Part shown: in pieces, positions 52,240 through 64,000 of the stretch
Layout of the letters: every line of letters begins with the position of its first letter
Position numbering within the stretch: position 1 is the first letter of the stretch
Assembly: GCA_963811145.1 (NCBI GenBank)
Contig: CAWEQC010000003.1
Location: 785,511 to 849,510 of the forward strand
Direction: 5' to 3'
Origin: an uncultured Chloroflexia bacterium
GTDB lineage: Bacteria > Chloroflexota > Limnocylindria > QHBO01
DNA: 64,000 nt
The notes under the pieces: model-generated
Seen by the model: the letters and a program-made list of their open reading frames with translations, nothing else
Database searches by the model: none
Told to the model about the DNA's origin: nothing
Translations under genes and position numbers: made by a program

Positions 52240-54414
52240 CCGGGCTCGTATTGAGCGCCCAACGCCCGCGCACGGCCCAGCGCCACCTCCTGATCGTCGA
52301 GGACAACCCGGGCGACGCACGCCTCATCCGCGAGATGTTCAGGGACTGGCGCTCATCACGAGTTCGACGTCACGCAGGTCGAGCGCATGAGCGCCGCCGA
52401 GGAGCGTCCTGGCACGAGCGTGCCTTCGACGTCATCCTTCTCGATCTCGGGTTGCCCGATGTTCAGGGGCTGGCGGCGGTCAGGCGTGCGCACGCGGCAG
52501 CGCCCCGCGTCCCCCTGGTGGTGCTCACCGGCCTCGACGACGAGTCGCTGGCCACCCAGGCGCTCCAGGAAGGCGCGCAGGACTATCACGTCAAGGGACA
52601 GATCGAGGAGCGAGGGCTGCTGCGAGCGATCCGCTATGCCATCGAGCGCAAGGGCATGGAGGAGGCGCTGCACGTCGAGCAGGAGCGGGCCCAGGTCACC
52701 CTCGACAGCATCGGCGATGCCGTCATCAGCACCGATGTGTCGGGCATCGATCACCTTCCTCAACGGGGTTGCCGAGACGATGACCGGCTGGTCGGTCGTG
52801 CGAGGCCATCGGACAGCCGATGACGGAAGTGTTCCGAATCATCGACGCCGCCAGCCGCAACGGCGTGCCGAGCCCGATGAACGCGGTGGTCGCCGAGGAC
52901 CGCACCATGCACCTGCCGCCGAACTGCCTGCTCGTGCGTCGCGACGGGTCCGAGATCCCGATCGACGACGCCATCTCGCCCATCCACGACCGGGAGGGTC
53001 AGGTGACGGGCGCGGTCATCGTCTTCCGAGACGTGAGCGCGGCGCGGGCCATGGCCGAGGAGATGGCCCACTCGGCGCGAGCACGACTTCCTGACCGGCC
53101 TGCCCGAATCGCATGTTGCTCAACGACCGGATCAGCCAGGCGATCGCGCTGGCACCACGCCACGAGAACCAGGTCGCGGTGCTCTTCCTGGACCTCGATG
53201 GGTTCAAGCACATCAACGACTCACTGGGACACCCGGTCGGCGACAAGCTGCTGCAGTCCGTCGCACAGCGCCTGGTCGGGTGCGTTCGCAGCGTCGGACA
53301 CCGTGAGCCGCCAGGGCGGCGACGAGTTCGTGGTGCTGCTCTCGGAGGCTGACCAGTGGGAGGACGCTGCCGTGCGTCGCGAAGCGAATGCTCGACGCGG
53401 TGGCCGTGCCCCACATCGATCGATGAGCAGGAGCTGCACGTCACCACCAGCATCGGGGTGAGCGTGTATCCGGACGACGGCCACGACGCCGAAACGCTGA
53501 TCAAGAACGCGGATACCGCGATGTACCAGGCCAAGGAGAACGGGCGCCAGAGCTATCGGTTCTTCAAGCCCGCGATGAATGTCCGAGCCGTGGAGCGGCA
53601 GTCGATCGAGGAGGACCTGAGGCGCGCCCTCGAGCGCGACGAGTTCGTGCTGCACTACCAGCCGAAGATCGACCTGCGGACCGGGGAGATCACCGGTGCG
53701 GAGGCGCTGATCCGCTGGATGCATCCGACTCGCGGCCTGCTCGCGCCCGCCCAGTTCATTCCCATCGCCGAGGACAGCGGTCTCATCCTGCCCATCGGCA
53801 ACTGGGTGCTCCGCGAGGCCTGCCGGCAGGCCCGCGCATGGGTCGACGCCGGCATGCCGGTGGCGACGATGGCCGTGAACGTGTCCGCGGTGGAGTTCGG
53901 AGCCGACAGCTTCCTGGATGGCCTCTTCGCAATCCTGACCGAGACCGGCCTCGAGCCGGGCGTCCCTCGAGATCGAGCTGACCGAAAGCGTGCTGATGAA
54001 GCATGCCGAGTCCGCCGCAGCGATCCTGCTGGCGCTTCGGGAACGGGGAGTCCAGGTGGCGGTCGACGACTTCGGCACCGGCTACTCGAGCCTGAGCTAC
54101 CTTCGGAAGCTTCCCGATCGACGCGCTCAAGATCGACCAGTCGTTCGTCCGCGAGATCACCGTCAGAGGACGACCTGAGCATCGTGACCGCGGTGATCAG
54201 CATGGCCCGAAGCCTCAAGCTCCGAGTCGTGGCGGAGGGCGTCGAGACGGCGGAGCAGCTTGCGTTCCTGCAGGCTCGCCAGTGCGACGAAGCGCAGGGC
54301 TACCACTTCAGCAAGCCGGTGCCGGCCAACGAGTTCGCGAACCTGCTGCGGTCCGGCGTGCCGGTGCCGACGGCTCCACCCTCGATCCAGCCGGCGCCCG
54401 CCGCCCTGGCCTAG
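52236..54414 (+). CDS. REC-PAS-GGDEF-EAL diguanylate cyclase/phosphodiesterase (frameshifted)
   Basis: [97 protein letters not shown]. Confidence 0.9.
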
Positions 54415-55349
54415 TCCGTCGCTGCCGCCGTCTCGCCGCGGCCGAAGGACGGGCGGAGGCTCCCGCGTCGGTTGACCAGCGCGATCCCGCCGATCACCAG
54501 CGCCGTGCCGAGGATCAACCGCGCGTCGATCGGCTCGGCAAGCACCAGCGCGCCGAGCAGGATGCCCCAGATCGGCAGGAGATAGGCGACGAGCGACGTG
54601 CGGGTCGCTCCCCAATGTCCGAGGAGCCTGAAGAAGACGAGGTAGGCGGCGCCGGATCCGAGCAGCCCGAGCCAGATCACCGCCAGGAGCGCCTCCGGCC
54701 GGATATCGAGCCGAACCGGCCCCTCCAGCACGATGGCCGGGATGCCGACCATGACCAGCGCGAAGGCGACCTGGAAGAGCGCCGGGATCATCGGTCGCAG
54801 CCCGCGGACGTTACGCCGGGCGTAGACGCCGCCGACCGCATAGGAGGCCGCCGCGCCGATCAGCGCCAGCTCGGCGACCAGCTCGTTGCCCACCAGCGAG
54901 GCGGGGTCGAAGCCGACCACGATCGCCACGCCGGCGAGCCCGATCAGGATGCCGATGATCTTGTTCAGGGTGATGCGCTCGTCGCGCAGGATGAGCGCCG
55001 CGAACGGAATGACGAAGAGCGGCACCGCCCCGGTCAGGACGGCGGCCAGGCTGGAGTCGACGCTGGTCTCGGCCCAGGTGATGAGCATGAATGGAAGCGC
55101 GACGCTGAAGAAGCCCATCACGACCAGGTGGCCGTACGTCTTCAGGTCGCGCGGAAGCGACTCCCGGGCGATCGCCACGACGGCGACCAGCAGCGCAAGA
55201 CCGATGAGCAGGCGCAGCGACACCAGCGTGAACGGCTCGAGGCCGGCGTCGACGCCGATCTTGATGAAGAGGTAGCTGCTGCCCCACAGGAAGCCGAGGA
55301 GGATGAAGAAAAACCAGTCGAGGCGGGAGGACGCGGGCGGCGGGTTCAC
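54411..55349 (-). CDS. EamA/DMT family transporter
   Basis: LWGSSYLFIKIG, ten-TM pattern, GATRTSLVAYLLP...LVLAEPI. Confidence 0.9.
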   Translation of the reverse strand: MNPPPASSRLDWFFFILLGFLWGSSYLFIKIGVDAGLEPFTLVSLRLLIGLALLVAVVAIARESLPRDLKTYGHLVVMGFFSVALPFMLITWAETSVDSSLAAVLTGAVPLFVIPFAALILRDERITLNKIIGILIGLAGVAIVVGFDPASLVGNELVAELALIGAAASYAVGGVYARRNVRGLRPMIPALFQVAFALVMVGIPAIVLEGPVRLDIRPEALLAVIWLGLLGSGAAYLVFFRLLGHWGATRTSLVAYLLPIWGILLGALVLAEPIDARLILGTALVIGGIALVNRRGSLRPSFGRGETAAATD

Positions 55350-55382
55350 CCCGCAATGATGCGCGCTTGCGTCGGTTGGCGC

Positions 55383-55544
55383 TCAGGCCTCGTCGATGTC
55401 GGCGTCGCTCTCCGGATCGGCGTCCGACTCGGGCGGAATGTTGGCCTCGTCCTGGTCGGTCATCGACGGATCGTAGGCGAGCCCCTCGTCGGGAGGCGGC
55501 CCGCTGGGCTGCTTGACGCTGGTCGCGTCGCGTTCCTGTTCCAT
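55383..55544 (-). CDS. Small acidic disordered protein (53 aa)
   Basis: MEQERDATSVKQPSGPPPDEGLAYDPSMTDQDEAN...; starts 5 nt after the stop of the upstream small ORF. Confidence 0.5.
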   Translation of the reverse strand: MEQERDATSVKQPSGPPPDEGLAYDPSMTDQDEANIPPESDADPESDADIDEA

Positions 55545-55548
55545 CGGT

Positions 55549-55773
55549 TCAGCGGTTCTCGCCGGCGCGCCGGACATCGTCATCGCCGGCCTGATCGCCC
55601 GCGCGATGGCCCTGCGGCCAGCTCTCGTCATCGGGCGATGCGCCCGCCTCGTTGTTCGTGACGGCCACCCGCTGTGCTCCATCGTCGAGCTGCTCGCGGA
55701 CCTGGTCGGTGTTCTCGTCGGGATGCTGGCCGATCCAGGCACCGCCCTCGCGGCGCTCGGTGTCGTCGGTCAT
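55549..55773 (-). CDS. Small acidic hydrophilic protein (74 aa)
   Basis: RBS GGAGG; MTDDTERREGGAWIGQHPDE...WPQGHRAG. Confidence 0.6.
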   Translation of the reverse strand: MTDDTERREGGAWIGQHPDENTDQVREQLDDGAQRVAVTNNEAGASPDDESWPQGHRAGDQAGDDDVRRAGENR

Positions 55774-55840
55774 GTGATTGCCTCCATTTGCTCGAGGCGA
55801 TCACATGCAAGCCGCGCGCCGGATTGGACACCGTCCTGCT

Positions 55841-56360
55841 CTAGTGGTTGTAGGCCGACATGATCCGGTCCTTCGCCCCGCTGCGGTGCTCGGGATCGGT
55901 CTCGTGGGTGTCCGTCTCGCCCGGTGAGGGCACGGCGGAGGCGATGTCGACGCCGGTGTCGACCAGCAGCGCGTTGACCGCGTTCACATAGGCGCCGATG
56001 GAGGCCTCGAGCACGTTCTCGCTGACGAACGTGCCCGGATAGAGCGGGCCGTCGGTGTCGGCCGCGGCTGCGGACGGAGAGCGAGACCGATGCCTTCGTC
56101 TCGTGGCCCGGACCGGTGGCGTGCACGTCGTAGGTCGCCAGCGCCACGCCCTCGCCGAGCAGCGGCGCCAGCGCGTCGTCGACGGCGCGCATCAGCGCGT
56201 CCACGGCACCGTTGCCGTCGGCGTGGGCGCGCCAGCGATGGCCGCCGCCACGGAGGACGAGCGAGGCGCGGCTTCCGCGCTCGCTGCCGCTGGTGGCCGA
56301 CCAGCGCTCGATGCTCAGGCCGTCCTCGGTGGGCGTGGGTTCTGGCTGGGGGAGGGTCAT
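55841..56360 (-). CDS. Stand-alone LeuA/CimA allosteric (dimerisation) domain protein (frameshift near 56065)
   Basis: RBS AAGGAG; GNGAVDALMRAVD, YDVHATGPG..KASV, VSENVLEASIGAYVNAVN; no catalytic TIM barrel. Confidence 0.75.
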
Positions 56361-56405
56361 CGGTTCGGTTCTCCTTGCGGGGTGGCCGCGGACGACGGCG
56401 GCAGG

Positions 56406-57359
56406 TCAGATCGGGGTGAGCCAGCTGGCGTAGCGGTCGTCGCTGCCGCGCACGGCGGCGAAGTAGCGACGCTGAATGTCGAGGGAGATCGGGAACTCGC
56501 CACTGCCGACCGGCCGATCGTCGATCGAGGAGATCGGCGCCACCTGGACGCCGGTGCCGGTGAGGAACACCTCGTCGGCGAGATAGAGCTCGGATCGGTC
56601 GATCCGTCGCTCGACCACGTCGAGCTGCGCATCGGCGGCGATACGAAGGATGGCGGTGCGCGTGATCCCGGCCAGGACGTCATCGGTCAGGGGTGGCGTG
56701 GCCACCTCGTTACCGCGCACCACGAAGATGTTGGCGGCCGATGCCTCGGCCACGTGACCGTCGCCGGTCAGCAGGATCGCGTCGTCGTAGCCGGCGGCGT
56801 GCGCGTCCTCGGCCGCGAAGGCGGCGTTGACGTACGAGCCGCTCACCTTGCCGCGGGCGGGGATGGCGTTGTCGCTGACCCGCTGCCAGCCGGACACCGT
56901 GACGCGGATGCCGCCGGTCGGCAGGTAGTCGCCGAGCGGGAGGGTGAACAGCGCGACCCTGTCCTCGAGCCCCGTCAGCTTGACGCGGATCGTGGGCGCC
57001 GACTTGTAGACGAGCGGCCGGATGTAGGCGTCGCCGTCGTGCGCGTTGCGGCGCAGCAGGTCGCGCGTGATCTCGACCAGGTCCTCCGCCGTCTCCGGTA
57101 CCGATGCGCGCAGGAGGCGCGCGTTGCGCAGCATCCGCTCGTAGTGCTCGCGCGCGAACAGGATGGCGGTGCTGCCATCTCCCTGCCGATACGCGCGAAT
57201 TCCCTCGAAGACGGCGGTTCCGTAGTTGAAGGTGTGGGTCGCGATGCTCACCTTCGCCTCGCCGATCGGCACCACCGCGCCCTCGAAGTAGGCCCAGGCA
57301 CCGAGCTCGGCCGGAGCGGACGCATGGACCGATGCCGCCCGTGGCTCGACCGCGGTCAC
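56406..57359 (-). CDS. ilvE: Branched-chain amino acid aminotransferase
   Basis: FNYGTAVFEGIRAY, AYIRP, GKVSGSYVN, EASAANIF, LAGITR, ADEVFLTGT. Confidence 0.94.
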   Translation of the reverse strand: MTAVEPRAASVHASAPAELGAWAYFEGAVVPIGEAKVSIATHTFNYGTAVFEGIRAYRQGDGSTAILFAREHYERMLRNARLLRASVPETAEDLVEITRDLLRRNAHDGDAYIRPLVYKSAPTIRVKLTGLEDRVALFTLPLGDYLPTGGIRVTVSGWQRVSDNAIPARGKVSGSYVNAAFAAEDAHAAGYDDAILLTGDGHVAEASAANIFVVRGNEVATPPLTDDVLAGITRTAILRIAADAQLDVVERRIDRSELYLADEVFLTGTGVQVAPISSIDDRPVGSGEFPISLDIQRRYFAAVRGSDDRYASWLTPI

Positions 57360-59010
57360 GACGCTTCTCCGGCGGCCGTGCGCGCGCGGTTGTGCGCCGC
57401 GTGCGACGAGCTCCGCTCGTCGCGGCGCTGAGGCCGTGCGTCGAGTCGCCAGATGGCGTACTCGAGCGAGTCGTGGAGTGCCGCCAGGCTGGCGGCGATG
57501 ATGTTCCCGTCGGCACCGGCCGTGAGCCAGGTGCCTGTCTCGTGCCCGGTCTCGATGATCACGCGCGTGCGCGCGCCGGTGGCCGCCTCGCCGTCGATGA
57601 TGCGGACCTTGTAGTCGATGAGGTGCACCTCATCGAGGGCGGGGTAGAACGCCCCGAGCGCCTTGCGCAGGGCCAGGTCCAGCGCATTGACCGGTCCGTT
57701 CCCGTCGGCAGCCGTGTGGAGCACCTCGCCGTCGACTTCGACCTTGACGCTGGCCTCGGCGCGCGGCGCAGCTCCATTTCGGCGTTCCACGATGACCGTG
57801 AAGTCGACGATCCGGAATGGCGCCACGTAATCGGCGCGCCGGCGCCGGACGAGGAGCTCGAAGGAGGCATCGGCACCCTCGAAGCTGGCGCCCTCGGACT
57901 CGAGCTGCTTGACCAGCCGGCTCAGCTCGGCGGGGTCGAGACCCTCCGAGGCGACGGAGCCGAGCTGGCGCACGCGCCACGCGGCATTGGCTCGCCCGCC
58001 GAGCTCGCTGACGACGAGTCGCGAGGTCCCGCCGACCACGATCGGGTCGACGTGCTGGTACGCCTGCTCGACCCGCGCGGTGGCGGCGCCGTGCACACCG
58101 CCCTTGTGGGCGAAGGCGCTGGTGCCGACGTACGGCTGGTGGGCGTCGGGAGCGATGTTGGCGACCTCGGCCACGAATCGCGACAGCTCCGGCAGGTGGG
58201 TCAGGTCTTCGCCGCCGGGGACCGTCTCGAGGCCCAGCTTGAGCGCCAGGTTGGCCCAGATGGTGACGAGATTGGCATTGCCGCAGCGCTCGCCATAGCC
58301 GTTGATCGTGCCCTGGACGTGGCGGGCACCCGCCTGCACGGCGGCGAGCGAGTTCGCCACCGCCAGCCCCGCGTCGTCATGGACGTGGATGCCGAGCGCC
58401 ACCCCGCTCGCCCAGCTCGGCGCCCACGTGCGCGCGTGATGGCGGAGATCTCGTCGGTGAGGCAGCCACCGTTGGTGTCGCACAGCGCCACCGTCGTCGC
58501 GCCGGCTTCGATGGCCGCACGCAGGGTGGCGATGGCGTAGGCCGCATCGGCCTTGTAGCCGTCGAAGAAGTGCTCGGCGTCGTAGACGACCTCGCGCCCG
58601 GCGTCGCGCAGGAAGGCGACCGACTCGCCGATCATCGCCAGGTTCTCGTCCGCCGTTGCGCCGAGCACGTCGATCACGTGCAGCAGCCAGCTCTTGCCGA
58701 AGATGGTCGTGACCGGTGTTTCGGCCTCGAGGAGGGCGCGGAGGTTCGGATCCTCATCCGCGCGGTTGGAGCGGTGGCGGGTCGATCCGAACGCAGCGAG
58801 CTTCGCGTGCCGGAAGGTCATGCTGCGTGCGGCCGCGAAGAACTCCTCGTCCTTCGGGTTCGAGCCGGGCCAGCCACCCTCGATGTACGGGAAGCCGGCC
58901 TCGTCCAGGCGCCGCGCGATCTTGAGCTTGTCGGCAAGCGACAGCACGAGCCCCTCGCGCTGGGTGCCGTCGCGCAGCGTCGTGTCGTACAGGACGATCG
59001 GGGAGGTCAT
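57356..59010 (-). CDS. cimA: Citramalate synthase (frameshift near 58430)
   Basis: [84 protein letters not shown]. Confidence 0.92.
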
Positions 59011-60106
59011 GCCGACACCTCGACTCGCTCGGTGATGCGCGCCAGCAGGAAGCGTGGCGACGGCCTCGGTGCCGTCCGAGCCACCCAGGTCGCCGGTTCG
59101 CGGGCCGTCCTCGATGCACGCGGTCACCGCGGCGTCGAGCGCATCGGCGGCGTCGATCTCGCCAAGGCTCAGCCGAAGCATCAGCGCGGCGCTCGACACG
59201 GTCGCCAGCGGGTTGGCCAGGCCCTGGCCGGCGATGCCCGGGGCGCTGCCGTGAACCGGCTCGTAGAGTCCGAAGCGGCCCTTCTCGGTCACGCGACGTG
59301 CCGAGGCTCGCCGAAGCGAGCAGCCCGAGCGAGCCGGCGATGGCGGCCGCCTCGTCCGACAGGATGTCGCCGAACATGTTCTCGGTGACGATCACGTCGT
59401 AGTGCGTCGGCTGGGTCAGGATCAGGTAGGCGGTCGAGTCGACCAGCGCGTGCTCGACGGTGACCGATGGATGCCGAGGCGCGATCTCGTCCACCACCTC
59501 GCGCCAGAGCCGGCTCGACGCCAGCACGTTGGCCTTGTCGACGCTGGTGAGGTGGCCGCGACGGTCGGCAGCCAGCCCGAAGGCGAGCTCGACGATGCGC
59601 TCGATCTCGGGTCGCGTGTAGCGGAGCGTGTCCACCGCCGACTCCACCCCGTCGTGCTCCTCGCGTCCCTGCGGGCGGCCGAAGTAGAGGCCGCCGGTCA
59701 GCTCGCGCAGGATCAGGATGTCGGCGCCGGCGCGGACCTCGGGACGCAGCGGCGAGGCGGCATCGAGCGCGGCGTGCGCCGCGACCGGGCGCAGGTTGGC
59801 GAACAGCTCGAGCGCCGATCGAAGGCCGAGGAGCGCGTCCTCCGGCCGCGTCGCTGCCGAGGGGTCGTCCCAGCGCGGGCCGCCGACCGCGCCGAGCAGG
59901 ACCGCGTCGGCCGCGCGGCACGCGTCGAGCGTGGCGGCCGGCAGCGCCTGCTCCGGCCGCGTCGATGGCCGCTCCACCGACCAGCTGCTCGTCCCAGCGC
60001 ACCTCGAATCCGAACCTCGTCCCGGCGGCCTCCACGCAGCGTCGCGCGACGTCGCAGACCTCCGGCCCGATCCCGTCGCCGGGAAGGTAGGCGACGCGGT
60101 GCCGCC

Positions 60107-60110
<4 letters not shown>
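59007..60110 (-). CDS. leuB: 3-isopropylmalate dehydrogenase (frameshifted)
   Basis: [62 protein letters not shown]. Confidence 0.93.
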
Positions 60111-62809
<2,699 letters not shown>

Positions 62810-62813
<4 letters not shown>

Positions 62814-63404
62814 GACCGGGTCGCTCCGTTCTCAGTGGTGCTGTTGGTTGCTTCAAGGTCGGCGGCCGGCGGCGCGGCCATGGCCACGGCGCCGGCCCGA
62901 ACGAGGCTGCGCAGGCCGTGTCCGCGGAGCGCGTCGAGGGCGTGGTCGATCGTGTCGGGTGTTGCCGTGAGGCGCGCTCGCCAGACGTCGGGGCCGGTGG
63001 ACAGCGTCTCGCCGCCGGCCGAGGCCAGGACGCTCCTCGAGCGAGCGTTCCGCTGCCGGCGTGCGCGGCGGATCGAGCTCCACCAGCACCAGCTCCAGCT
63101 CGATGTGCGGGGCGCTCGTCAGGTCGGTGACCTCGAGGACCTCGATGATGCGCTCCAGCTGCGCCAGCACCTGGCGAAGGTGCCCGTCGTCGCCGCGGAT
63201 GGCGATCGTCATGCGCGAGCGGCCGGGCTCGTGCGTGGTGCCCGACCGTGAGCGACTCGATGTTGAAGCTGCGGGCGCGCAGCAGTCCCGAGACGCGGTT
63301 GAGCGTCCCGGGACGGTCGACGACCAGCGCGCTCACCACGTGCCGGCGGTGGACCGCATCGGCCTCGCCGGCCGGCATCGTCCTGCGAGGCGCCGGCATG
63401 GCGC

Positions 63405-63408
<4 letters not shown>
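62810..63408 (-). CDS. ilvN: Acetolactate synthase small subunit (frameshifted)
   Basis: [46 protein letters not shown]. Confidence 0.88.

Positions 63409-64000
<592 letters not shown>

Overview
High-GC bacterial chromosomal window with no rRNA, CRISPR array, integrase or transposase recognisable. The gene repertoire (Kgd-type fused 2-oxoglutarate dehydrogenase, PPOX/F420-type protein, cyclase-STAND protein, many leaderless genes) suggests a high-GC Terrabacteria lineage such as Chloroflexota or Actinomycetota; this is inference only. Core genes are upp, gltX, mutY, aspartokinase, thrB, thrC, tag, mgtE, kgd/sucA, pxpABC, tRNA-Gln(CTG) and an ilvB-ilvN-ilvC-leuA-leuB-cimA-ilvE operon. Many genes between about 12-25 kb and 33-64 kb carry single-base frameshifts, including housekeeping genes. 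These are most simply read as long-read consensus errors, so boundaries of those genes are approximate reconstructions. The most unusual items are: (1) a signalling block between thrB and thrC with a 7-GAF/2-PAS HisKA_3 kinase, an atypical class III cyclase-REC-LuxR fusion and a thrice-repeated upstream motif CTACGTCATYCG; (2) two 38-bp AT-rich palindromic direct repeats 15 kb apart that bracket this block; (3) a MEDS-TetR fusion with tandem NemR-like boxes heading a c-di-GMP cascade next to tRNA-Gln; (4) a highly structured ~130-nt intergenic RNA candidate and a triple REP-like hairpin cluster near 42 kb; (5) a putative copper module; (6) a stand-alone LeuA regulatory-domain gene; (7) a peroxiredoxin-fold protein lacking the peroxidatic Cys.
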